A DNA stretch of 32,000 bases from Aquifex aeolicus VF5. Lineage in GTDB: Bacteria; Aquificota; Aquificia; Aquificales; Aquificaceae. Below the pieces are notes generated by a model. It worked only from the letters and a program-made list of their open reading frames with translations, searched no databases and was not told the DNA's origin. Location of the stretch: NCBI RefSeq assembly GCF_000008625.1, contig NC_000918.1, forward strand, positions 750,001 through 782,000. Reading direction: 5' to 3'. Positions 22,057-30,167 of the stretch are shown here, piece after piece. The position numbers and the translations under genes were made by a program. Numbering within the stretch: position 1 is the first letter of the stretch; each line of letters opens with the position of its first letter.

Positions 22057-22740
22057 ATGAAGTTTGCGGTTTGCGTTTTTCCCGGTTCTAACTGCGATTA
22101 CGACACCTACTACGTTATAAGGGACATTCTTGAAAAGGACGTGGAATTCGTTTACTGGGAAGAAAAGAACCTTTCCAAGTACGACGTCGTTGTTCTGCCA
22201 GGAGGATTTTCCTTCGGGGATTACCTCAGACCCGGAGCTCTGGCGGCAAGAACTCCCCTCGCTCAGGCCATTTACGATTTTGCCCAGAAGGGGAAGTACG
22301 TGATAGGCATATGCAACGGCTTTCAAATCCTCACAGAACTCGGGCTGCTTCCGGGAGCTCTCCTTCCCAACTTGAACATGAGGTTCGTGTGCAAGTGGGT
22401 AAACCTTAGGGTTGAAAATGAGCGCTCCGCCTTTACGAGGAAACTGGAAAAGGGAGACGTTTTAAGAATTCCCATAGCCCACCACGACGGGAGGTATTAC
22501 GTTCCCGAAGAAGAGCTCAGGAAAATGGAAGAAAATGGACAGATACTCTTCAGGTACTGCGACGAGCAGGGAGAAGTGAAGGAGGAAGTAAACCCTAACG
22601 GTTCGGTTTCAAATATAGCGGGAGTTATGAACAAGGAGGGGAACGTCTTTGGCATGATGCCCCACCCTGAAAGGGCGTCAGAAGACATTCTGGGCTCTCA
22701 CGACGGGCTGATGCTGTGGTATTCTTTATTAAGTGATTAG
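22057..22740 (+). CDS. purQ: Phosphoribosylformylglycinamidine synthase, glutamine amidotransferase subunit
   Basis: Class I GATase: FPGSNCD, nucleophile elbow GICNGFQIL, and MMPHPER. Confidence 0.95.
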   Translation: MKFAVCVFPGSNCDYDTYYVIRDILEKDVEFVYWEEKNLSKYDVVVLPGGFSFGDYLRPGALAARTPLAQAIYDFAQKGKYVIGICNGFQILTELGLLPGALLPNLNMRFVCKWVNLRVENERSAFTRKLEKGDVLRIPIAHHDGRYYVPEEELRKMEENGQILFRYCDEQGEVKEEVNPNGSVSNIAGVMNKEGNVFGMMPHPERASEDILGSHDGLMLWYSLLSD

Positions 22741-23836
22741 TCCTGAGCTCGTAAAGGAAGCCTTAAAAAAGAAAAAAGTAAGGAGCGAAGAAGCCTTCGG
22801 CCTTGAGTATCTGAGGTTTAACGACGACTACAAGGACATACCAAGGGGAACCGCTATATTCAAGGACTTTATAATCTGGGGCTACCCCCACATAGGAAGG
22901 ATATTCTTATTGGAAACCGGATTAAGGGAACAATTTGAAGCCCCTTTCTGGGTGGAGGAAAAGGTTGACGGCTACAACACGAGGATTTTCAAGTACGGAG
23001 ACAATTACTACGCCCTCTCCAGGGGAGGATTTATATGCCCTTTTACAACCGACAGACTCCCGGACCTCATAGACTTAAGGATTTTGGACGAAAACCCCGA
23101 TTTGGTGATTTGTGCGGAAGTAGCTGGACCAGAGAATCCTTACATAGAGGAAAGTCCCCCTTACGTAAAGGAGGATGTCCAGCTCTTCGTGTTTGACTTC
23201 ATGAAGAAAAACGAGCAGGGATTTCTGAGTCAAGAAGAGAAAATGGAGCTGATAGAGAAATACAACCTCCCCCACGTTGAAATACTCGGAAGGTTCACGG
23301 CGAGCGAAGAAGGCATAAAGAAGATAAAGGAAATCCTGAAGAGGTTCAACGAAGAGGGAAGGGAAGGAGTCGTTTTCAAAGAAGACAGCGAAAGGAATAA
23401 GAGGGCAAAGTACATAACGAGCTACGCCAACCTGATGGACATAAAAACGAATGCCAAGAACATGCTCCAGCTTCCGCCAGAATACTACACAAACAGAATT
23501 CTCAGACTCGTTCTCTTTATGTACGAGGAAGGACTTAAAACAACTGAACACCTCTACGAAGAACTGGGCAGGGCTTTCATAGATGGGCTTTTTCAAGCAA
23601 TAGAACAGTTTGAAAAGGAACACAAGGTTTACAAGACCTTCACGTGTAAGTTCAGGAAGAAAGAAAACGCCATAGCACTCCTTGAACTCCTCTCTAAAAC
23701 TTCCAAACACATTCAGGTAAAGGAAAGGAGACTGGAGAAAGAAGGGGATTACTGGAGGCTTGAGTTTGACAAAGTATTCCTGAACATGACGGGATTACTC
23801 GGACATCTCCTGAGTGGCGGCATAGTTTATGATTAA
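22733..23836 (+). CDS. ATP-dependent RNA ligase of the archaeal Rnl3 (Pab1020-like) family
   Basis: Nucleotidyltransferase motif I EEKVDGYNTRIF (Lys codon 22961-22963), motif III LVICAEVAGPENP, motif IV LFVFDF, motif V REGVVFKEDSERNKRAKY. GTG start overlaps the purQ stop by 8 nt. Confidence 0.85.
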   Translation: MISPELVKEALKKKKVRSEEAFGLEYLRFNDDYKDIPRGTAIFKDFIIWGYPHIGRIFLLETGLREQFEAPFWVEEKVDGYNTRIFKYGDNYYALSRGGFICPFTTDRLPDLIDLRILDENPDLVICAEVAGPENPYIEESPPYVKEDVQLFVFDFMKKNEQGFLSQEEKMELIEKYNLPHVEILGRFTASEEGIKKIKEILKRFNEEGREGVVFKEDSERNKRAKYITSYANLMDIKTNAKNMLQLPPEYYTNRILRLVLFMYEEGLKTTEHLYEELGRAFIDGLFQAIEQFEKEHKVYKTFTCKFRKKENAIALLELLSKTSKHIQVKERRLEKEGDYWRLEFDKVFLNMTGLLGHLLSGGIVYD

Positions 23837-23848
23837 TTAATTCGTAAG

Positions 23849-24085
23849 ATGGTGGAGATAAGGTACTTTTCCATTCTCAGGGAGAAGCTCGGTAAAGAAA
23901 AGGAAGAGTTTGAGTTTGAAGGCACCGTATCTGAGCTCAGGAAACTACTACTGAGTAAGTATCCCGAGATAGAAAATATATTGAACTCCGTTAAGTTTGC
24001 CGTTAACGAAGAGTACGTGGATGAGGACTATAAAATCTCCGACGGGGATAGGGTTGCTTTAATACCTCCAGTTAGCGGTGGTTAA
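23849..24085 (+). CDS. moaD: MoaD/ThiS-type ubiquitin-like sulfur-carrier protein
   Basis: 78 aa, beta-grasp-like, ending in DGDRVALIPPVSGG (C-terminal Gly-Gly). Confidence 0.8.
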   Translation: MVEIRYFSILREKLGKEKEEFEFEGTVSELRKLLLSKYPEIENILNSVKFAVNEEYVDEDYKISDGDRVALIPPVSGG

Positions 24086-24105
24086 AACTTCTTGGAGGTG
24101 GAAGG

Positions 24106-24621
24106 ATGGAAGACTTCTACGTTGAAGATTACCTTGTAAAGGGAGATCGCTACTACACAAAAGAGCACGAGTGGGTCAGGGTTAAAAACGGCTTTGCGGA
24201 AGTTGGTATAACAGATTACGCCCAGAAACAACTGGGAGACATAGTTTACGTGGACCTTCCCGAGAAGGGAAAGGAGGTGGATGCGGGAGACACCTTGGCT
24301 AACATAGAGTCCGTTAAAAACGTAGCTCCCGTTTACGCACCCGTTACGGGCACAGTTGTGGAGGTAAACGAGGACCTCAAAGACGAGCCGGGGATAATAA
24401 ACGACGACCCGTATGAGGCGGGCTGGATAGCTGTTATAGAGATGAAGGATCCCACGGAAGTGGAAGATTTGATGACAGCACAGGATTACGCAGAGTACCT
24501 CAAAGAAATTGTAGAAGAGGAAAAGGAAGAAGAAGTTGAAGTAAAAGAAGAGGAATTAATAGAAACCGAGTCCATAGAAGAGTTGTCCGAAGAAGAACTC
24601 GGATACGAGGAGAATAAATGA
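24106..24621 (+). CDS. gcvH: Glycine cleavage system H protein with a ~40-aa acidic C-terminal tail
   Basis: YTKEHEWVRV...GITDYAQKQLGDIVYVDLPE...IESVKNVAPVYAPVTG, with the lipoyl-Lys codon at 24316-24318. Strong Shine-Dalgarno GGAGGTGG. Its stop overlaps the gcvPA ATG (ATGA). Confidence 0.93.
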   Translation: MEDFYVEDYLVKGDRYYTKEHEWVRVKNGFAEVGITDYAQKQLGDIVYVDLPEKGKEVDAGDTLANIESVKNVAPVYAPVTGTVVEVNEDLKDEPGIINDDPYEAGWIAVIEMKDPTEVEDLMTAQDYAEYLKEIVEEEKEEEVEVKEEELIETESIEELSEEELGYEENK

Positions 24622-25937
24622 GTTACATTCCTCATTCGGAGGAAGAAACAAAAGAGATACTCTCAAAACTCGGTCTAGAAAGCTTAGAGGATCTCTTTTC
24701 CCACATACCAAAAGAGCTTTTTGCAAAGGATTTTTCCTTTCCCGAACCAAAATCCGAGGAAGAACTCAGGAGAATTTTTGAAAGAGCCTGTGAAGACACG
24801 GAATTACCACTTTACTTTATAGGAGCGGGAGCTTACGACAGAATAATCCCCTCTGTAATATGGCAGATACTCAGCAGAGGCGAGTTCCTGACTCCTTACA
24901 CCCCCTATCAGGCGGAAGCCTCACAGGGAACACTTCAGGCTATTTTTGAGTACCAATCACTTATATGTGAGCTCACGGGAATGGACGTGGCAAACGCCTC
25001 CATGTACGACGGGGCTTCAGCCCTTGCGGAAGCTGTTTTAATGGCAAGGGCAATAAAAGGTAAGGGGGACACTGTTGTCCTCTCTAAAGCCCTAAACCCC
25101 CTTTACAGGCGAACCGTAAAAACTTACCTAAGAGGGTATGAGGACAAAATTGTTGAAGTTCCGTACACTGAAGAGGGAACAACTGACCTGAACAACCTGG
25201 AAGAGGTTCTAAAAGAAAGCGAAGTTCACGCCCTTGCGGTTCAGTATCCAAACTTCTTCGGCTTTGTAGAACCACTAAAGGAAATAGGAGAACTTTGCAA
25301 GAAATACGAGGTTCCTTTCGTAGTCTTTGTGGACCCAATAGCCCTTTCTATCCTGAAACCTCCCGCGGAGTTTGGAGCGGACATAGTTGTGGGAGAAGGA
25401 CAGCAGATGGGAATCCCGCTGTCTTTCGGCGGACCTTATGTGGGATTCTTTGCGACTAAGAAGGAACACGTGAGAAAGATGCCCGGAAGACTCGTGGGAA
25501 TGGGAGAGGATATTGAAGGAAAAAGAGCTTTTACCTTGGTTCTCCAGACTAGGGAACAGCACATAAGGAGAGAAAGGGCAACCTCCAACATATGCACAAA
25601 CCAGAACTTGATGGCTCTTGCAAACCTCCTTTACATGGTTCTCCTCGGAAAGGAAGGTATGAAAAAGGTAGCAGTTCAGAGTCTCTCCAAGGCACTTTAC
25701 TTCAAAAAAGAATTAATGAAAAAGGGATTTGAAGAAGTCTTTACCGGTAAACACCTCTGGGAATTTCCCTTAAGACACGAAAGCCTAAAGGCTATATACA
25801 GGAAACTCTTGAAAGAGAAAATAGTCCTCGGTCTTCCTCTGGATAGATTTTACGAAGACTTAAAAAACACTACATTAATAGCAGTTACGGAAAAGAGAAC
25901 GAAAGAGGAAATAGACTCCGTCTTAGCACTTCTTTAG
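24618..25937 (+). CDS. gcvPA: Glycine dehydrogenase (decarboxylating), subunit 1
   Basis: 439 aa with FIGAGAYD and TPYTPYQAEASQGTLQAIFEYQ blocks typical of the N-terminal half of a split P protein. Immediately follows gcvH. Confidence 0.95.
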   Translation: MSYIPHSEEETKEILSKLGLESLEDLFSHIPKELFAKDFSFPEPKSEEELRRIFERACEDTELPLYFIGAGAYDRIIPSVIWQILSRGEFLTPYTPYQAEASQGTLQAIFEYQSLICELTGMDVANASMYDGASALAEAVLMARAIKGKGDTVVLSKALNPLYRRTVKTYLRGYEDKIVEVPYTEEGTTDLNNLEEVLKESEVHALAVQYPNFFGFVEPLKEIGELCKKYEVPFVVFVDPIALSILKPPAEFGADIVVGEGQQMGIPLSFGGPYVGFFATKKEHVRKMPGRLVGMGEDIEGKRAFTLVLQTREQHIRRERATSNICTNQNLMALANLLYMVLLGKEGMKKVAVQSLSKALYFKKELMKKGFEEVFTGKHLWEFPLRHESLKAIYRKLLKEKIVLGLPLDRFYEDLKNTTLIAVTEKRTKEEIDSVLALL

Positions 25938-26378
25938 GATTTCCCTTAATTTCTTCTCCATCCTTTCAAAGTGCGAACCCTTCCAGAAGACCGCTCCGCA
26001 CTTGGGACAGAGCGTAAAGTCCGTAGCCTCTTTATATACCCTTTCCGGAACACTTTCCTTTACCTCTTCCCTGCTCACAAAAAGCAAAGGAGTGGAGCAG
26101 TAAGCGCAGAGATTTAACTTGAGCTCTGGTTTTAAATTGAGAGTTTTTATTACCGTGCAGAGCTGAACTTCAAAGTCGTGCCTCGGAACTAAGACTGCAC
26201 GAATTCCCAGTTTATTTAAACGCTCGTACCACCTCCTTGAGGTCGTTATAAAAACTCCATCGGGCTTTATCTTATTTAAGTCCACTTTTCCCTTTATAAC
26301 ATGAGCCGGATAACCGAGGAATCTGAGCCATCTGGCGAGCTTTTCCAGGTTCTCCTCAAGGTAAAATTTCGTAGTCAT
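25923..26378 (-). CDS. Mut7-C (DUF82) PIN-like nuclease domain protein with a C-terminal zinc ribbon
   Basis: LEKLARWLRFLGYP near the N-terminus, an acidic/Thr-Ser core (FITTSRR), and CAYCSTP...CPKCG. Its 3' end overlaps convergent gcvPA by 15 nt. Confidence 0.8.
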   Translation of the reverse strand: MTTKFYLEENLEKLARWLRFLGYPAHVIKGKVDLNKIKPDGVFITTSRRWYERLNKLGIRAVLVPRHDFEVQLCTVIKTLNLKPELKLNLCAYCSTPLLFVSREEVKESVPERVYKEATDFTLCPKCGAVFWKGSHFERMEKKLREILKKC

Positions 26379-26571
26379 ACTCTTGGGGTTCCTTTTCCTT
26401 TACCTTCACCCTGACCTTCGGACACATAACAGCCGAGATGTCTACCTTTCCTATTTTTCCCACGGCAGGTGCTATAAGACAAAGGCCTAGATCCACTCCC
26501 TCTACTTCTGCCCTTTTACCCGAGCAGGAGAGTAAAAGCAAAGTAAAAAAAGCTAAGATTAACCCTACCAT
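26356..26571 (-). CDS. Small putative lipoprotein (71 aa)
   Basis: MVGLILAFFTLLLLSCSGK is a signal peptide plus lipobox-like LLSC. Overlaps the Mut7-C start by 23 nt. No family recognised. Confidence 0.5.
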   Translation of the reverse strand: MVGLILAFFTLLLLSCSGKRAEVEGVDLGLCLIAPAVGKIGKVDISAVMCPKVRVKVKEKEPQEYDYEILP

Positions 26572-26579
26572 CTAAGTTT

Positions 26580-26586
26580 TATAATA
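26580..26586. promoter_or_regulatory. Overlapping palindromic -10 core (TATAATA) serving both genes across a 23-bp divergent spacer
   Basis: Plus strand: TATAAT 26580-26585, then 9 nt to ATG 26595 (rsmI). Minus strand: TATTAT (complement of 26581-26586), then 9 nt to ATG 26571. No SD-like sequence on either side. Confidence 0.4.
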
Positions 26587-26594
26587 TTTCCCGC

Positions 26595-27260
26595 ATGCCA
26601 AAACTCTACGTCATCCCAACACCCATAGGGAACTTAAAAGACATAACACTAAGAGCCTTGGAAGTGCTAAAGGAAGTAAATTACATAGCCTGTGAGGACA
26701 CAAGGAGGACGATGATACTCCTGAATCACTACGGTATAAAGGGAAAAAAGTTAATCTCCTATTACGAACCGAAGGAAGAAAAACAAATCCCTAAGATTTT
26801 AAAGGTCCTTGAAAAGGAAGACGTGGCTCTCGTTACGGACGCCGGTATGCCTGCCATATCGGACCCCGGCTACAGACTGATAAGAAAGTGTATAGAGAAA
26901 GGTATAGAGATAGAGGTCCTTCCGGGGCCAAGTGCAGTTATTACCGCACTCGTGGGCTCGGGTCTTCCCCCAGACAGGTTTCTCTTCGTGGGTTTCCCTC
27001 CCAAAAAGGGCACTAAGGGATTCTTTGAGGAATTGAAGAGCTGTGAGGACACTACCGTTATTCTCTTTGAGAACCCGAACAGATTACTTAAAACCTTGAA
27101 GATTATTCACGAAGTTTTTGGTAACGTTCAGGCTTGCGTTGCAAGGGAGCTCACAAAACTCCACGAAGAATACATAAGGGGAAACTTAGAGGAAATAATT
27201 CAGGAACTCGAAAGCAGGGAAAAGATTAAAGGGGAGGTTGTAGTACTTTTCAGGATTTAA
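26595..27260 (+). CDS. rsmI: 16S rRNA (cytidine-2'-O)-methyltransferase RsmI
   Basis: LYVIPTPIGNLKDITLRALEVLKEVNYIACEDTRRT, TDAGMPAISDPGYRLI, LPGPSAVITALVGSGLPPDRFLFVGFPPKK. Confidence 0.9.
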   Translation: MPKLYVIPTPIGNLKDITLRALEVLKEVNYIACEDTRRTMILLNHYGIKGKKLISYYEPKEEKQIPKILKVLEKEDVALVTDAGMPAISDPGYRLIRKCIEKGIEIEVLPGPSAVITALVGSGLPPDRFLFVGFPPKKGTKGFFEELKSCEDTTVILFENPNRLLKTLKIIHEVFGNVQACVARELTKLHEEYIRGNLEEIIQELESREKIKGEVVVLFRI

Positions 27261-27270
27261 ATTTTTGTAT

Positions 27271-28230
27271 ATGTTCAGAATTATCATTCTAATTTTTCTG
27301 ATTTTTACCGTTTCGTGTGAGAAAAGAGAAGAGATAAATATAGCGGTTTTCATTTCGGGTGATGGAAGGCTTGAAAAAGTAGGGGGATTTATAAAGGGTT
27401 TAAAAGATTTAGGTATTAAGAATATAAAAATAGACTTATATAAAGGAAACAATTCGTTAAAATCTTTGGAAGATTTGGCACAGAACTTAAATTTGAAGAC
27501 TAAAAGGTACAGACTGATCGCTGCGGGGGGAAGCCTTGAGGCGTACATATTGAAGAAGCACGGTGTAAATGAGAAAATTCCCGTAGTAATCCTGGGAGGC
27601 ACTTCCATACTCAGCTGGGGATTGACTGATAGTTTTTCAAGACCCTCGGAAAACATAACGGGAGTTAATAACTTAAACGCTGAGCTGATGGAAAAAAGGA
27701 TAGAGCTGTTCACTTACATGTTCCCCGACGTAAGGAAGGTAATAATATTCTGCTCTCCAAAGTTTGAAGCTTCCAGAAAAGCTGCGAGGATTACCATCAA
27801 GACGGCAAAGAAGTTTAACCTGAAGGTGGTGCCCCTTTACGTTAAAGACGTAAAAGAACTTGAGTTCGTCATGAGTCACATGAAGGAAGACGGATACGGG
27901 GCTGTTATAATGACACCGTGTTATTACACAGAGAACTTTCTCACCCACTACATACTCCACTATGCGAACTTTTATAAAGTGCCTGTGTTTTGTCATTCTC
28001 CGGAATTTGCGAAAGAAGGTTGTCCCGTAGCGTACGGCACCCCCGCCTTTGAGCAGGGATACACCGCTGCCCACGTTGCTTACAAAATACTCAAAGGTAT
28101 TCCCGTGGAAAACGTGCCCTTCGTAAGGGCGTATTCTCCTAAGTTCATTCTCAATTTATCCGCCTTAAAGGAACTTTACGTTCAATACAACGAAAGAATC
28201 CTCGTATACGCAGACGAGGTAGTGAAATGA
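27271..28230 (+). CDS. Periplasmic ABC-type substrate-binding-protein-like lipoprotein (ABC_sub_bind family), probable sensor partner of the downstream kinase
   Basis: ATG 27271 gives MFRIIILIFLIFTVSCEK, a signal peptide with a lipobox-like Cys; the listed TTG 27265 is two codons upstream. The type I periplasmic binding fold is suggested by alternating beta-alpha segments (IAVFISGD..., VVILGGTS..., KVIIFCSP...). Its stop overlaps the kinase ATG (ATGA). Confidence 0.7.
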   Translation: MFRIIILIFLIFTVSCEKREEINIAVFISGDGRLEKVGGFIKGLKDLGIKNIKIDLYKGNNSLKSLEDLAQNLNLKTKRYRLIAAGGSLEAYILKKHGVNEKIPVVILGGTSILSWGLTDSFSRPSENITGVNNLNAELMEKRIELFTYMFPDVRKVIIFCSPKFEASRKAARITIKTAKKFNLKVVPLYVKDVKELEFVMSHMKEDGYGAVIMTPCYYTENFLTHYILHYANFYKVPVFCHSPEFAKEGCPVAYGTPAFEQGYTAAHVAYKILKGIPVENVPFVRAYSPKFILNLSALKELYVQYNERILVYADEVVK

Positions 28231-30167
28231 CGTTAAAGACAAAGATCATCTTACTCGTGATTCTCCTGACCGCTTTACCTGCACTCCTTTCGCTCCTTCA
28301 CTACTACTCCATGAAAAGGGAATTAATACAGAAAGCTCTCGAACGAAACAGGGAAATCGTTGAAAAACTCGCGGACAGAGTGGATATGTACATATCAGAA
28401 ACGCTTCATTCAATAGCTTCAAAGGTGAATCAGTACAAAGGTTACGGGCTTAACGAAAGGGAGATTATCTGGAAGATAACGGGAGAAGTTTACGGCGTTT
28501 TTGAAGGAGCCTTTTACTCCCCCGAAGGAAAACTAATCACGAGTGCAAGCAGGGAAAAGGTAAATCCTAATTTTCCAGAAAGAATAAGCCCTGAGGGAAG
28601 GAGCAAACTCCTTTACACCCCGTACCTTGAACCTTACGTTAGGGTACTTTACAAGGACGAAGAATTCGGAATTACGTTCGGTTACTACATCTTTTCTTTA
28701 GACCTTTCTGCTTTCTGGAACAGGCTCGTGAACAGGTACAAAGGTCTGGAGGCGTTTTTACTGGACGAAAACTCCAGACTTATAGCCTTTCCCGATACTA
28801 GATTTTACGACGGAAGGAAAATTCCCTTAAGGGAAGGGATTTACAGGTCGGATTTCTTGGGTACGGATGTTATCGGAACCTTTGCAAAGAGTAAGGGAGG
28901 TAAGTGGATCGTTTACGCAGAGGAGCCGTTAATTTACGTACTCTCCCCTCTGGAAAACTACAGAAAGGAAGTAATACTCGCCGGATTGTTTACCTCCTTT
29001 TCGGGAGGAATACTCTGTCTTATCATCATCATCAGGATATTTAAGCCCCTTGAAAATTTCAAAGATTATGTAGTTTCCTGGGCAAAAGAAAACTTGAGTG
29101 AAAACTTAAAACTAAAGGACGACGTTGAAATCTTCTTAAAAACTTTCAGGAGCCTGATTAAGAAAGTAGAGGAGGAAAAGAAGATATACGAAGCCTTCTT
29201 TAAAAACTCCTTTGACGGTGTAGTTTTGTTCGACACATCCCTGAAAGTTTCAAACGTGAACGAAAATTTCTGTGAAATATTTCAAGTGAAAAAAGACGAA
29301 GTCATAGGAAAGAGTATGGAGGACCTGATAGGTGAAAGATTGCCTTTGAAGAACACCTTTATAAGGGAGGTAGAACTGAAGTTAGGGAAAAAACACTACT
29401 GCAGTTTGAGGCAGGGTATACTCATCATAGAAGACGTGCCGTACGTAGTCTGGTGGCTAAAGGATTTATCAAAGGAAAAAGAATTAAGGGGAATGCTAGA
29501 GAGAACCTCTAAGCTCGCTGTTGCAGGTGAGATAGCCTGTTCCTTAGCCCACCAGCTAAACACTCCCCTTGCGTCGATTATGGGATATGCGGAACTCCTG
29601 AACCTCTCGGAAAAAGACCAGAGGACTAAGGAAAAACTGGATCTGATTATTAAGCAAGCTCACAGGTGTAAGGAGATTATAGGAAAGATGCTTTACTTGG
29701 GAAAGGTGGATTCCCGACCAGCGTACGTAAACTTAGAAGAATTAATCCTTGAAGTTCTGGAAATACTCGAACCTAAAGCGCGGAAAAAGGGCGTTAACGT
29801 AAGGTTCGAGAATGGAGACGCGGGAAAGATTTTCGGTTTTCCATGGCAGATTGAGCAGATATTGATTAACATTTTAGACAACGCAATAGACGCATTACCT
29901 GAGGGTGAAAGTATCTACATAAAGCTCAAAAAGGAAGAAGAATACGTGGTTCTGGAAGTAAAGGACAAAGGAAAGGGATTTGAAGACCCGGAAAAGGCTT
30001 TTGAGCCCTTTTACACTACAAAACAAAACGGAACGGGACTGGGACTTTCCATAGTAAAAACTTTTGTAGAAGGTATGAACGGAAAAATTGAAGTAAAAAA
30101 CTGCAGCGGTGCTTTGGTTAAAGTGTATCTGCCGGAGGTAGCGGAAAGTGAACGTTTTGGTAATTGA
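28227..30167 (+). CDS. Membrane sensor histidine kinase (periplasmic domain, PAS, HisKA, HATPase_c)
   Basis: TM1 IILLVILLTALPALLSLL and TM2 VILAGLFTSFSGGILCLIIIIRIF flank a ~215-aa periplasmic domain. PAS-like segment YEAFFKNSFDGVVLFD.... H-box CSLAHQLNTPLASIMGYAELL, N-box NILDNAIDA, G1 VKDKGKGF, G2 GTGLGLSIV. Confidence 0.9.
   Translation: MTLKTKIILLVILLTALPALLSLLHYYSMKRELIQKALERNREIVEKLADRVDMYISETLHSIASKVNQYKGYGLNEREIIWKITGEVYGVFEGAFYSPEGKLITSASREKVNPNFPERISPEGRSKLLYTPYLEPYVRVLYKDEEFGITFGYYIFSLDLSAFWNRLVNRYKGLEAFLLDENSRLIAFPDTRFYDGRKIPLREGIYRSDFLGTDVIGTFAKSKGGKWIVYAEEPLIYVLSPLENYRKEVILAGLFTSFSGGILCLIIIIRIFKPLENFKDYVVSWAKENLSENLKLKDDVEIFLKTFRSLIKKVEEEKKIYEAFFKNSFDGVVLFDTSLKVSNVNENFCEIFQVKKDEVIGKSMEDLIGERLPLKNTFIREVELKLGKKHYCSLRQGILIIEDVPYVVWWLKDLSKEKELRGMLERTSKLAVAGEIACSLAHQLNTPLASIMGYAELLNLSEKDQRTKEKLDLIIKQAHRCKEIIGKMLYLGKVDSRPAYVNLEELILEVLEILEPKARKKGVNVRFENGDAGKIFGFPWQIEQILINILDNAIDALPEGESIYIKLKKEEEYVVLEVKDKGKGFEDPEKAFEPFYTTKQNGTGLGLSIVKTFVEGMNGKIEVKNCSGALVKVYLPEVAESERFGN

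Noticed and set aside
22036-22326. 96-aa minus-strand ORF across the holA/purQ junction
   Set aside because: It is antisense to purQ, whose catalytic motifs are intact, and has no independent support.
23075-23710. 211-aa minus-strand ORF inside the RNA ligase gene
   Set aside because: It is antisense to a gene with all ligase motifs intact. The translation is Phe/Leu-rich with no recognisable domain, so it is most likely a shadow ORF.
27476-27491. TGGCAC-agaac-TTAAA as a second sigma-54 promoter
   Set aside because: The -12 element lacks the GC dinucleotide (TTAAA, not TTGCA), and the site is inside the binding-protein coding sequence.
27186-27713. 175-aa minus-strand ORF overlapping rsmI and the binding-protein gene
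   Set aside because: It is a shadow ORF opposite two convincing genes, with a low-complexity Ser/Phe/Ile-rich sequence.
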